From contig NC_068984.1 of assembly GCF_001194135.2 (NCBI RefSeq), forward strand, positions 144,144,556 to 144,193,509: DNA of 48,954 nucleotides. Reading direction: 5' to 3'. Below, piece by piece: positions 32,409 to 45,200 of this stretch. A program made the position numbers and the translations under genes. The notes under the pieces are model-generated. The model searched no databases. It saw nothing but the letters and a program-made list of their open reading frames with translations, and was not told the origin of the DNA. The stretch's first letter is position 1; the number at the start of each line of letters is the position of its first letter. This DNA is from Octopus bimaculoides (taxonomy: Eukaryota).

Positions 32409-33428
32409 GACTTTCCTCGAAAAAGGGAGAGAAAAAATGAAATGCAAAATAATGAGCAAATAAAGAACACTAAGAAAAGAACTGTAGAAGCAGCAAGATG
32501 CAACTATATATGATAGGAGAGGATATGCTCTTAGGCAAGAGAAGGGTTCTTGCATGAAGAGATGTGTCATCATACACCAGAAGTTATATCTTCATACAAT
32601 AGAGAGTGTTACTACAAGTCCATCAGACAAGTGAGGAGGTTTAATGAAATCTTTGGTTAATACAATGGAGGGGGAGTCAGGATTTTTTTTCAATAGATGT
32701 CAGTTTAGTCCAAGTTTATGTCAGATATTATCAATGGCTTGATCTAACATAGGGAGAGAAAGAGAGGCGGGGACAACTACAAGACTCAATTTAAAGAACT
32801 GCTACTCTTTTCTTGCGATTCTAATACTTTCGGTCATTGGACTGTGGCCATGTCACAGCACTGCCTTCCATTGAGGATTTCATAACCTAAAACACTGCCA
32901 TTTATTCCCAGAAATTTAAGGGTCATGCATGCATGTATGTTTGTGTGTGTAATGTTTGTTTTTATGTCAGCTTATAATAAAAACAATTTCATTATTAAAC
33001 TGAAGGATCATTCAGTATATAATTGTTATATTTTAACAAGAAGAGGTGGGCGACAGTGACTTCAAAGTTTCAACCTGCTTGCCCTCATCAGGCAGTCCGA
33101 CAAAGGTGAGCAGACTGCAAAGTCACTATCACTCCTCTTCTTGTACAAGTACAATAAATATGTTTGTGTGTGTGTGTGTGATACACATAAAGAAATGAAG
33201 TGCAATTTTATGTTTGAAGTTCCAATGAAGCTATAGAGCATTCAACTACGAGTGCCTTATATTCAACTGTAGCAGAAACAACTGTAAGCTAATGAAATTC
33301 ATGACAATTTCTTATTCCCTTGTCATTTTTAACTCATTACTGCTCTGTACTCGACTGACATCTTGAAGCATATGGGTATTGAGTCCTAACACCAGGATAT
33401 CATTATGCTGTAGCAAAATAATAATAAT

Positions 33429-33467
<39 letters not shown>

Positions 33468-34063
33468 CACACACACACACACACAAATACAAAAATTGTC
33501 CCTCTTCCTATTTTGCTTTCATGTCTGTTTATAAAAGTGGATTTGTATGATGACAGACTTAAGTCAAACTGAGACTGCCAGGGCAAGAGACAGAGAAAGC
33601 AAAAGAGATGATGATGATGATGAAGTTCTGCAGGAAGTGGAGGGGGAGGGGGGAATACATGGAGATGATGAATTGGTGATTGTGGTCACATGGTCGTTTG
33701 AACATTTGTCAAGTCAAACTGACCACTTCTAGAAAAGACGGAAAAGAAAAAAAAAGAAAAAATATGTATATATATTTACAGAAATTTACATAAATAAGCT
33801 GAATTTATAATTTAATTTTAAACGAAAAGAAATGAAAATAAAAACAACAAATTGATAAGAAGTGAGAAATTACAAAAGTTAATTAAGAACAGCTATATTT
33901 ATAATATAAACGAGACAACAACAACAACAAGTTCAATGACAGTATCACAATTACAGGAGGAGAAAAAAAAAAACCATTCGAAGCAGAAAACATTAGGGTC
34001 TCTGTTTAAAAGTAGTTGAAGCTATGTACATATCGACAGAATTAGGGACCAGAGAAAGAAAGC

Positions 34064-34111
<48 letters not shown>

Positions 34112-34982
34112 AAGTTACCTTCCTTGGGAGGCAAGGTGAAGAAAGGAACTAAGAAAATTAGTTGTATTACTGTTGTTGTTGCTATTGTTGTTGTTTTTAA
34201 AATATTAAAATAATCGACAATATCAAGGAAGAAGAAAGAGTCAACAGCCCCTCCCNNNNNNNNNNNNNNNNNNNNNNNNNNNNNNNNNNNNNNNNNNNNN
34301 NNNNNNNNNNNNNNNNNNNNNNNNNNNNNNNNNNNNNNNNNNNNNNNNNNNNNNNNNNNNNNNNNNNNNNNNNNNNNNNNNNNNNNNNNNNNNNNNNNNN
34401 NNNNNNNNNNNNNNNNNNNNNNNNNNNNNNNNNNNNNNNNNNNNNNNNNNNNNNNNNNNNNNNNNNNNNNNNNNNNNNNNNNNNNNNNNNNNNNNNNNNN
34501 NNNNNNNNNNNNNNNNNNNNNNNNNNNNNNNNNNNNNNNNNNNNNNNNNNNNNNNNNNNNNNNNNNNNNNNNNNNNNNNNNNNNNNNNNNNNNNNNNNNN
34601 NNNNNNNNNNNNNNNNNNNNNNNNNNNNNNNNNNNNNNNNNNNNNNNNNNNNNNNNNNNNNNNNNNNNNNNNNNNNNNNNNNNNTATGTGAAAGGGGAGG
34701 GGCGACATTTGTTAACGAGCCGATTTAGCTCAGTGGTAAATGTCGACAGTGTGTGGCAGCTAAATTTAATAGCCTTCAGATCCCCCCCCCCCTCCTCCTC
34801 CTCCCTCAGAGACAACCTCCACCAAAAGCCGACAGCACAGCTGACCATTCTCAGATGCTCACGTATTAGTCCCAAGTCCCTAATACTTCAGCACTTGCCG
34901 TTATAAATACAAAGAGGTTGGTTATAGAGAGAGGGAGAGAGATAGGTCAGCACTGAGAAAGGCTCCCCTCTGCTTGGTATCA

Positions 34983-35109
34983 TTATCGTCGGCCCGTAGG
35001 CGTCCGGGAACTTTTCCACAAACTGCCATTGATAACGATAGCATCAATAGACACAGATAAATGCTTCGTAGATGTCACTTCAGCAAAACTTTTACCACCA
35101 GAGTTGTAC
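34983..35109 (-). CDS. CAMSAP: CAMSAP/Patronin last coding exon: YNSGGKSFAEVTSTKHLSVSIDAIVINGSLWKSSRTPTGRR*
   Basis: Acceptor gttccAG, phase 2 (AA+G = Lys). KYNS..K.F...K.LS.S.DAI.I...LW ends the CKK domain; TAA at 34985-34983. Absent from the ORF track. The 5' part of the gene lies beyond the window. Confidence 0.93.
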
Positions 35110-35317
35110 CTGGAACAACCGAATACAAAAAGAAATTGTTAATTAGAGAAACTAACAGGTTCAAAAATTTAAGCAGAGCAATTATAAGCTTAGTTTAACG
35201 AATATATCATAACCAACACTACTAAACAATCACCATCAAGCGACTGAACACATCAAACAAATAATCACCATCAAACGTTCAAGATATTATTCAACAATCA
35301 TTAAAGAATTGCCATCA

Positions 35318-35705
35318 GGCATGGCTGGGTGGTAAGAAGTTTGATTCCAAACTACACAGTTCTGGGTTCAGTCCCACAGCATGGAACGCTGGGCAAGTGT
35401 TTTCCTTTAACAGCCTCAGGTTGACCAAAGCCTTGCGAGTGGATTTGGTAGAGAGAAACTGAAAGAAGCCCGTCGTCTATATATAGACAGATATATTCTA
35501 CAAGTGTGACTGAGTCTGTATTTGTACCCATCACTGCTTAATAACCAGTGTTGGTTCGTTTATATCCCCGTAACTGAGTGGTTCTGCAAAAGGGACTAAT
35601 AGAATAAATACCAGGTTTAAAAAAAAATAATAAGTACTAGGGTCAGTTCAGACAAGAATTCTTCAAAGCATTGCTCCAGCATGGCCGCAGTCTAATGACT
35701 GAAAG
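35318..35705 (+). mobile_element. Family B SINE in the last CAMSAP intron
   Basis: Same head, body and tail motifs as 13613-14030. Confidence 0.85.
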
Positions 35706-36064
35706 ACCTAACGGCCAACTGTAAAACAGAGTTATGTGTCCCAACCCCTGACATCTTCCCATTTGGTCAACAGGGGCCTTTCCTTCGGTTACTTGGCAAC
35801 CTCACTAGTGCTGGTGCTATATCTAAAAGATACCCAGTACATTCTGTAAAATGGTAAATGTTAGAAAGAGCACCGAACCATAGAAACCATATCAAAGCAT
35901 GCACAGGAGCTTGAGACAGTCCTGCAGCTCACTGGATCCTCTGTAATCACCGAACCATGGAAAAAATTGACGCTAAATGATGATGGTAGATTAACTTCCT
36001 TATAACATTGTTATAAACTAATTTCATTTAAACACTGCAATTAACCAATTTAATTCGAACTTAC

Positions 36065-36228
36065 TTGTAATATTTTTCAATATTTTTGCTAGTCACCAAT
36101 TTTGGTCCAATTCCATGAATTTTAACAGCCTCTTCATGCTCTGGGTAATAGGCATATAGTGACCGAAATGCACAACCTGTGTCCCGGAATAATATCACAA
36201 AATGCTTTGCATCGGATTTCGCAATTTC
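36065..36228 (-). CDS. CAMSAP: CAMSAP/Patronin CKK exon 2: EIAKSDAKHFVILFRDTGCAFRSLYAYYPEHEEAVKIHGIGPKLVTSKNIEKYY(K)
   Basis: Acceptor tttgtattgcAG (phase 0), donor AA|GTAAGT (phase 2). CKK motifs ILFRD.GC.FR.LY and GIGPK. Confidence 0.95.
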
Positions 36229-37214
36229 CTGCAATACAAAACACACACACACACATATATTAGTTTATTCCTGACAAATTACGAATTAGTCCTGTTGGTT
36301 GTACAAAAATACTAATTGATCTGAGAGTTATACTCTCAGAAACAGACAGAACCCAAAACCAAACCATTTGTAAAATTATTTGAAGTCAAAGACGGTTTCT
36401 ATAAGAAGGGGGAAGGACCATTACCTAGCAGAGAGAAGCATCTACAGGAATTGCCAGCAAATAGTCAAAAATAATCCTTTAAGGATATGAAGACAAAATA
36501 AGCAGATTTAACCATCAGAGATGGTTGCTGACACACACAGAGAATACTTGACAATGAGGTAAGGCAGAACAGAGGTCATTCCGTACGACTGCCATAGTAG
36601 TATAATAATAATAATAATAATAATGATCATCATCATCATCATCAACTGGTAGAAGGACAAAGGAAAAACTCTGGAAAGATGCAGTTATAGAGATGATGAA
36701 ATATTAATCGCGGTTCTTAACCTGTGGTCCGCAAAGATAGTATTGGGTGGATCCTTGAACTAAATTTAAAATTATATATAAGCATATTAAAGGGGGTCCG
36801 TGGGAAAACTCATTTAAACACAAGAAGTCCTTAGTAATGAAAAGACTGGGAACTACCGTATTAGTTAATATTTTCCGTTTTGCCACTAAGTAGGGGAGAC
36901 AACCCTAGACATATTTCTGATTTCGTCTGACAGTTATAGCTTCCCCTTAGCTTACCAATGACGTAATCATGATTCAGCGGTTCTCAACCTATGTTGGCTC
37001 AGTGACCCTTTTTCACCGAATTGCATTTTACCAATGCACCCCTGTACCATGTTTTGCAAATATAAAAATAGCTTATTATCCCTATCCTATTATTATATAC
37101 CATTCAGCTTGAACCTCTTTTTAGACATTTGAGTGAACACGGAACCCTGCAATTATATCAGGTTTTCTTGCTTTACCAGGCATGTTTTTGCTTTCTCCTG
37201 TCACACAATGTCCA

Positions 37215-37725
37215 ATGCAGGGTTTTGTGGCTGAGAAGACCCGGCAAATAAAGTGAGATCACAGCTGTCACCTACACCAATGTTGTATAACCAGCCCACT
37301 CAAAAAGTACCCTTGGGTCGTAGGGTGACATGCTGTGCTTGAGGAGACCTATTGAGTCAAGTACATCAAAATAAAAATCAAATCAAATGGAAATTGTAGT
37401 TGTGGTCCCCGTGTAGGTGGCACGTAAAAAGCACCATCCAAACGTGGTCAATGCCAGCTCCCTCTCCCCGACTGGCTTCCGTGTTGGTGGCACATAAAAA
37501 GCACCGTCCAATTGTGGTTGATGCCAGCAACCTTCAGGCCCATGCCGGTTGCATGTAAAAATCACCCACTGCACTCTCAGAGTGGTTGGCGTTAGGAAGG
37601 GCATCCAGCTGCAGAAACTCTGCCAAATCAGATTGGTGTCTGGTGTAGCCTTCTGCCTTGCCAGTCCTCAGTCAAATCGTCCAACCCATGCTAGCATGGA
37701 AGGCAGACGTTAAACGATGATGACA
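37215..37725 (+). mobile_element. SINE-like repeat (family D here) with a (GAT)n tail
   Basis: GGTGGCACGTAAAAAGCACC repeats, GTTGGCGTTAGGAAGGGCATCCAGCTG, CCAACCCATGCTAGCATGGAA.GC.GACGTTAAACGATGATGA. Related copies at about 18210-18425(+), 35710-35990(+) and 43485-43680(-). Confidence 0.8.
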
Positions 37726-37902
37726 ATATTTATTAACCTGGAAAAATAGAGGAAACGATAACAGCAGGAATGCCTATGGCTCTAGTAGGTCTGCTTAGTG
37801 ACATGTACTGCTGGGTGGAAGTTGACCTAGGGCTAAAGAACAATAACAACAACAGATAGACAAGGGTGGAACTGTAAAAACAAAAAAAATGATATGACTA
37901 AC

Positions 37903-38021
37903 CTCTAAGACTTTATTTTTCAGATCTAAGTTCACACATCCTGCTAAACAACAATGACTAATGGCATTAATTATAATGTGACGGTTTGACTTGGAGCTTG
38001 GTTTCACAAAGAGTTTGGGAC
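37903..38021 (-). CDS. CAMSAP: CAMSAP/Patronin CKK exon 1: GPKLFVKPSSKSNRHIIINAISHCCLAGCVNLDLKNKVLE
   Basis: Acceptor cttttccAG (phase 1), donor GAG|GTTAGT (phase 0). Motif GPKL..PS.KSN..II.NA..HCCLAG.VN is characteristic of the CKK domain. Confidence 0.95.
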
Positions 38022-38209
38022 CTGGAAAAGAGTCAAGAGGCACACGTGTGTGTGTATAAGCAGAACAACAACAACAACAACATCGTTTGGGGATTTGAAC
38101 AGAAAGAAAAGAAGTCAAGTTTTGTAGGAGACACATTGTACTAAACACACACACACACACACATATATATATACACACACACACATAAGGAGTAAGGGAG
38201 TAAAGAACC

Positions 38210-38660
38210 CCTTCAGTCACAAATGACCATGAGATTGCACCTAGAAAGGTCTCCTCCAAGGAACAAGTACGAGCAAGTTTGTTTTTTATGGAAGACCAGC
38301 AGTCCCCCATGCATACCAGCCTCCCCTCTCCACACCACTGATGTTATCCAAGGGAAAGGCAAAGGAATCGACACAGCTTGGCACCAGTGGCATTGGAACC
38401 CATTTCTACAGCTAAGTGAACTGGAACAACGTGAAATAAAGTGTCTTACTCAAGAACACAACACACAGCCTGGTCCGGGAATCGAACTCACTACCTCATG
38501 ATTGTGAGCCCGATGTTGTAACCAATACGCCACACACACACACACACTCGCACATACATACAAATAAAGTGTCTTGCTCAAGAAGACAACACAACTCAGT
38601 CCAAGAATCGAACTCACTACCTCGTGATTGTGAGCCTGATGCTCTAACCAATAAGCCACA
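38210..38660 (-). mobile_element. tRNA-derived SINE with a duplicated head (family A/F here) in a CAMSAP intron
   Basis: The head GGCTC(A)CAATCA(T/C)GAGGTAGTGAGTTCGATTC..GTGTTG..TTCTTGAG.AAGACACTTTATTT occurs twice (about 38440-38530 and 38555-38660), separated by (CA)n. Related copies at about 578-790(+), 46620-46740(-) and 48380-48500(-). Confidence 0.8.
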
Positions 38661-38739
38661 CACACACACACACACACACACGTATATATACACACACATA
38701 CACACACACTCGCACACACAGACAGAACCAACACAATAC

Positions 38740-38823
38740 CTGTATAGTCCGAACCAGCAGTTGAACCTGCATCACTGCTACTCTCAGTACTCTTACCACT
38801 CTTCCTACCAAATCGGTACAAGT
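38740..38823 (-). CDS. CAMSAP: CAMSAP/Patronin exon (84 nt, phase 1-1): DLYRFGRKSGKSTESSSDAGSTAGSDYT, Ser-rich linker before CKK
   Basis: Acceptor ttttccAG, donor G|GTATTG. Ends in DYT-G, matching the EYTGPKL context at the start of CAMSAP CKK domains. Confidence 0.85.
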
Positions 38824-39254
38824 CTGGAAAACGGTAACAGAAATGCCAACATGAGCCGACAGACAAAACAGAGACAACAACAACAACAACAATTAATAAT
38901 AATCAAAGACACTTTAATAAACAGCTAATTAACAATTGGACAGCAGAAAATATCATCTGAAATGATATGCATGGTTGCTGCCATGCAAAATTAGTTTTAG
39001 AATTTGGTAGCAAGGAACTCTTGTCATGACTCAACTATGGTACTGTGATGCTGAGATTAGAGCACAGCACTTGCAGGGCAGACCAACAGCGCCACAGAGT
39101 GTCCCAAACCGAAACGGATGCAAAGTGAGAAGCAGAGATGTCCAACAGATTATCTCTTTTGATGTTTATACTAATGTTCACAAGCACTGCCATTTTATCT
39201 ACTCACAATGTGAACACTGCCAGAGTCTACACTCATTATTATTATATACCCTCA

Positions 39255-39293
<39 letters not shown>

Positions 39294-40722
39294 NNNNNNN
39301 NNNTATATATATATACTGCCAGCGTCTATACTTACCAAATAAACGCTGCCAGTTCTTGCATTCACTCCAAAAACACTTCCAATCTGTACTCATCATATAA
39401 ACATTGTGAACCAAGAACTCTTAGGTAAGATTTCTTAATTTAGTTTCAAGACATTATAGCAATGTGCCTTGAGTCAAATAAAGAACAGAATAAAAGACAT
39501 CTTGAAGGAAGAAAAACATCTAATTTTTTCTGCAATTGAGTGGGGAGGGGGTCAGAGAGAGAGAGAGAGAGTATAAAAGCATGTTTGATAATGATAATTA
39601 TAATAATATCAAAATTAAAAGAAGAAGGGTGCCATTGTCGTCTAGTGAATGCTATTTCGACATTCCATGTGTCTTCAACAGGTTCAAAAAATAATTTTGT
39701 CAATCTACTTCATTTTGGTTAATATATAAAGGATTGAGGTAACCCCTCCAGTTGACAATGGCATGCTTCTTCTAATTTTGACTCTATATCTTCTGGAGGA
39801 ATTACCTCAATCCTTTATATATCAATAATAAAAATAATAATAATAATACTGAAATACAAAAAGGATAGTTCCTCACAAAACTTTCAAAGGTAATTCTTAT
39901 AAGAAGCAGTAAAAAAACTCTCAGTTCTGAGGGTTAACTGAAATTATTGAAGTTTCTTGTGGTTCCATGCTGCTGGCTGCCAAAATGACAACTAAATAGC
40001 AGGATTTTTATTTGGGAAGTTCTTAGAGACTACTGGGCATATCCTAGAGATTTGTCTCTCATCACCTCTTAATTACAAAAACTAAACCACATCTAATATC
40101 ACTGGGTATGAGCAAATGTGGGAGGCCCTAAATTGTCAGTGAACCTGCTAGAAATAACAGCTACATCTCCTGCAAATCATACTCGTTTAATGTAGTTCTA
40201 AATACACAATGTCTGAATTATCTTTGAAATAACTCGGCCAGATCAGTGCCGATTTACAGGCTACAACAACAACAACAGGAATCCTGGAGGTACAGGAGTT
40301 TATAAACTTCCAGACAAGATTCAGTGCTACAAGACATGTTAGCAGTCACAGAAGATAGAGATTCCGGTAAAAGGAACCATGGGCTACAAAGATGCAAGAG
40401 ATCGCTTCATTAGAACACTACAGCCAGAGGTTAGCCTGGCTGCTATGAACTGAGGCGGCACAGTTTACGGTGACTGGTAAGGATATTAGGGTTCAATTGC
40501 AGAGGGAAGACATGAATGATAGAGGAGGAGATGGTTCAACGAATGATACAAGAAGATGTGGTTGTTGGATTTTAGGTTGAGGGCAGAAGATGCAAAAGTC
40601 ATAAGAAGAAATGATGTTATTCTATTATGATCGATTACAATGAGAGATGAACTTAAAGAGCATGAGGTTGGCCTCAGGTCAGCTCTGATGAACAAAAACA
40701 TTCCAGGCATGACCATCTGGCC

Positions 40723-40919
40723 CAGTGGTTCTCAACGAGGGTCTATACAGAATTTTGTTGTTAAAATTTATCTGAAAATGGTTTACACTTCTACATAAAA
40801 CATTTTAATGGATTTTTTTAAAATTAAATTCTTAATATTTAATTCTAAAGATATATGATTTTTATCTAAACAATGGAATAAAAGGGAACCATACAGAAAA
40901 AAATGATTGAAAACCACTG
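40723..40919. mobile_element. hAT/Charlie-like MITE
   Basis: TIRs CAGTGGTTCTCAA / TTGAAAACCACTG. Decayed 8-bp TSD ATCTGGCC / ACCTGGAC. Confidence 0.7.
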
Positions 40920-40934
40920 ACCTGGACCTTTCAC

Positions 40935-41163
40935 AGACAGGGTTGGCCAAAAGTCACCCGACAGTAAATCAAAAATCCCATAAATACTTAATATTCAATT
41001 TTATTTATTCATTCCAATTATGAATCTTTAATAATTGAATGCTGCAAGTTAAAATCACCATTTTATTTTCTTCAACATTTTGTCTATAAAATATTTTTTT
41101 GTTTTAATCTAGGAATTAAATGGTTTTGATTTACTGTCAGGTGACTTTTGGCCAACCCTGTCT
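40935..41163. mobile_element. MITE with about 40-bp TIRs (Tc1/mariner-like CAGGG termini)
   Basis: AGACAGGGTTGGCCAAAAGTCACCCGACAGTAAATCAAAA is almost perfectly inverted at 41124-41163. No TA TSD is visible. Confidence 0.8.
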
Positions 41164-41651
41164 ATCTTGGAATGCATTCACCTTTTCGTACCTTGTTTTG
41201 ACGCAATTTAAAGGAATTTAGTTGCATCATTTGTTAAAAGTAAACATTGTAAACAGATGAGAGAGAGAGAGAGAAAGAGGTGGAGAGAGAGAGAGAGATA
41301 CCAGAGAGAGAGAAAGAGGGAGAGAGAGAGATTACTGAAGTGAAATGTTACCATGCAGTCAATCATCAGCTGACGTTCATTACATAACGAAGAACAGGTG
41401 AGAGGACAGTAATGAAGATGACCATGCAATGTGTATACTTTACAGATCCAATGTAGGCAGGATCAACAACAAAAAGTTATTCCATCCAGTGAGAGATAAA
41501 TATCAATTTAACATACACAATAACAGAAGAGCTAGTTTCATGCTTTAGAGATACATCAAATTAGCAGGTACACATAACCTTCTTGGAGATACAAGGCATG
41601 TTATATATACCTGCCAATTTAATTTATCTTAACACATGAAACTATAAGTAG

Positions 41652-41707
<56 letters not shown>

Positions 41708-41852
41708 NNNNNNNNNNCCATTCGTTGAGGTAACAACTTATGGAAAATTTGGGGTCACATTTTATAGCAGGAGTATCAGACAGCAGCCTGTTTTGCTGAA
41801 AGAGGTTATTTGCTTTGCCTGAAGGTTAAAAGGTCTTCTTATATGCCAGCAT

Positions 41853-41892
<40 letters not shown>

Positions 41893-44366
41893 TGTGTGTG
41901 TGTTTGTGTGTGTGTGTGGAGAGAGCAGGGGGAGGGGCAGCACCGATGTCTATAAATGTGTAGTCAGAGAGACAATCACAATGAAATTTTGGAACCCTTA
42001 ACAACCAAATTCATTGCATCCCTAACATTTGTAACCTGGACAAGAGAGCATTTTAAGGAGAGACACAGTAATAATTTTCATTTGAATGTACAAGAGACAA
42101 ACAGACAGACGAAAACAGAGAACCATACTCTAAAAAGGTGTTTAGATTTCAATTTCCTCTTCACCAATATTCAATACCCAGCTACAGTCTATGAGTCTCT
42201 GTCATCCCAGAGCTGTTTTCTAAATACTAAGTATTCCAAGGAATCCAGGGAGTTATTTTGGTAAAACTTTACAAAAATACAATAAAATTCGTAATGAGAA
42301 AACAAAAACACAAAAAAAAGAATTCTTTTAATCTTCTTCCTTTTTCTTAAATTTCAAATTCAAACTTGTATCCCTGCCAAGATTTATCTAGAAATGATTA
42401 TCTCCCTTACAACAACGGCTTACCAAAGCGGATCAGTGTTTGTGGCGAATTTTTAAAAGCTTTTATTTGTCTACTAAATTCTATGAATGTTCGAGACTAG
42501 GTTTGCATCTGCTCATCAAAATTTGTGAAATAACTAAGTTTGAGGGATTTTCTTAGCAAAAAAAACTTAAGTATCTTGCAAGGCTTCCTAAAACCTTATC
42601 AATTAGTTTGGACTCTTTGAAGATCATTAACTGTTAGAAACTCATAAAATCTTCAAAATATGAAAAAAAAATATTTGAAGACCAAATGGGTTTCAAAAAT
42701 TGTTGTTTAGCATCAGAGTGGCAGGTATATGAACAAAGCTAGTCCAGCCATGACCATCCTGTTGTCTTCGTACATAAAACTAACCTAAGACAGAAATTAT
42801 CTTTATATGAAAGGTGGAGAAGACACCAACAGGCCAAGCTAATTACTCATTAGCAATACTACAACAACTTGGTCAATTATCAGCTCTAGTTCTGAAAGAA
42901 AGTATCACTAAACTAGCAGAACAGCATTTCAGATAAAGCTTTAATTAATTTGTGATTTAATTAAAAACTTGTCCCGAAAATTCCATACTTATATTCAGAT
43001 AAAAAGGTGCATCATTAATTAGTAGTAATGAGGAAAAGATAATTTTTTTTTTTAAGACTGTTGCTTATGAGAAGTGTCTATATTTTAAGGGTTGTAGAAA
43101 CATGCCCCAGGCCCTACGGTAAACATGTGCAGAGTTATGGTGAAACTTGAGGAGAGGGACCCTTAACTAGAAACATGCACAGATGTAACATGCAATCCAA
43201 TAACATTTTAGTGGTTGATGTAGTGTTGTCAATGATATCTGCAGAGGACTACTGTTGAACACACACTCAACACCCACCACCCTTGCCATCCCCACGTTTG
43301 GGGTCTCATTTTTCTTGGGTTCAATGGACTCATAAAACCGGTCACACAGTTTCTATGACACGTGAGTGATCAAGATCACAACAATCTCCCCTCAAGTCAG
43401 CATTTCAGAGGGAAGAGAGGAGCGGGGGACAAGTTGACTGCATGACCCCCTGCACCTGACTGGCATTTTCACCATCATCATCATCATCATCGTTTAACGT
43501 CCGCTTTCCATGCTAGCATGGGTTGGACAATTTGACTGAGGACTGGTGAGCCAGATGGCTACACCAGGCTCCAATCTGATTTGGCAGAGTTTCTACAGTT
43601 GGATGCCCTTCCTAACACCAACCACTCCAAGAATATAGTGGGTGCTTTTACGTGCCACCGGCACAAGGGCCAGTCAGGCAATGCTGAAATACATTTTTTC
43701 CAACATGTTAACGATTCTGCCAGTGTACCAACTTCTTCCCTAAATGGAACTGTGATTATTTCTCAACGACTCCATTGTCGGCGTAAACATGGCATTTGTA
43801 ATATATCCTCAATTCTGATTTTTACTGAAGGTTTTACAGTAAAAATATTCTTCTTAAATCTGAAATAATTTCAACGTCAACCATAAGTCAAACGTCTTGA
43901 CTGGGTGAAATGAGTTGTAGAACAAGACTTGTACAGACAGACACTGCCGTGAATAAATACTAGAGATATCAGCAGTTAATGTTGTCAAACTGCAATATCA
44001 AATTTCAAGACAATTCATAGAACTACAGAACCATATATAGAATGGAAGAAGGGATTCCTGATAAATGGTCAACTCTGATCAATTACAGAATCACACTGAC
44101 ACAAACATTCAGAGCTCCCAATCAACCAATTCTTTCAAAGTAAAGACTAAAAATATGGTGAAAAGTGTGTAAAAAGAATACTACAGAACTAAAAGTGATG
44201 TAAAGTTGCTAGCTCCCATCAGCACCACCACCATCTACAGCAACACTAGCTTTGTCACTACACCCACCACCACCACCACCACAACCACCATTTCTATCAT
44301 GCCAAGAGTCAGTCACCAACTAGAATCTACAGAGATGTTTATATGTTGGAAGCAGTAAAACTGCAA

Positions 44367-44372
44367 CATGCA
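44367..44372 (-). promoter_or_regulatory. UGCAUG (Rbfox) element about 25-30 nt downstream of the exon B donor
   Basis: Plus-strand CATGCA is sense TGCATG. The position is typical of Rbfox-enhanced exons; function is inferred. Confidence 0.45.
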
Positions 44373-44397
44373 GTCGGATGAACAAAGGAATATTTAC

Positions 44398-44469
44398 CTG
44401 GGGATGGTGGCCGTCTGCCAGTTCCGTAACGACCAGAGTGATTTTGTTGTGTGAATAGGCTCATCATCA
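44398..44469 (-). CDS. CAMSAP: CAMSAP/Patronin internal exon B (72 nt, phase 1-1): xMMSLFTQQNHSGRYGTGRRPPSP
   Basis: Acceptor ttcttcctcttcctctAG, donor G|GTAAAT. In frame with the downstream exons (G+AC = Asp). 13 of 23 full codons encode the same residue as exon A. Confidence 0.75.
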
Positions 44470-45064
44470 CTAGAGGAAGAGGAAGAACAATCAAAACAGC
44501 CCCTCCTAGAACTCCATCTTCAGGCTCGGTCACTTTACCGACAGCCTGTGTCAGGGAGTTGTCGCAAGACTTACAATGATATTTGGAAGGTTTACTTCAT
44601 GCAAATAATTATTGTTTCACGGGAAGAGGGAGAAAAATTATGATTTTTATTTAATATTATCCAGGAACAAGGAGGTGACAGAATGGACAATTTTTGAATT
44701 TATACAAAAATTTATTCTATCTGCAACTCACTAAAGTTTAAAATATAAACTTAAAACTTAAAGTTCTTAAATTTATCGGATAAGATGAGTGAGGTTTAAT
44801 TTCTTTGCTTACACATTATATATAATTAACAAATGTTTAATTAATATCTGTAATTTATTTTTATATACTTCATAACAATATATAACCCCTACTCTCCCTG
44901 CTGTCAAGGTTGATTCTAACATCCAAGCGTTTGTTAATTTACCATTTCAATGTTGGTGCAATTAATCTGTAAGACCAAATCCCCATTCTTCAATCCAAAT
45001 TAATTTCAAAAATTAAAAAAAAATTACGATTACAGACCATTTGGTAATTTACAGTCAATACCCA

Positions 45065-45200
45065 TGACTTTCAGAAACATTTTTTCAAGCTCAGAATTGC
45101 TGAAGCATGGAATAAACCACCCACCTCAGTTGTTAGCGGTTGGGATGCTATGTCCTTCAAAACTTCCTGAAATTCACCAACAACAGTACCCCTGATGTCC
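45065..45200 (+). mobile_element. CR1-type LINE 3' end remnant inside the intron between CAMSAP exons A and B
   Basis: FQKHFFKLRIAEAWNKPPTSVVSGWDAMSFK matches the CR1 ORF2 tail R.HFF..RV...WN.LP..VV......FK. Confidence 0.7.

Noticed and set aside
34042-34875. 277-aa and 155-aa ORFs
   Set aside because: They stay open only because they cross an N gap and (GA)n repeats.
37795-38310. 171-aa ORF as a standalone gene
   Set aside because: Only 37903-38021 is coding (a CAMSAP exon); the rest is intron, SINE and microsatellite.
44339-44533. 64-aa ORF as a standalone gene
   Set aside because: It contains CAMSAP exon B flanked by intron sequence.
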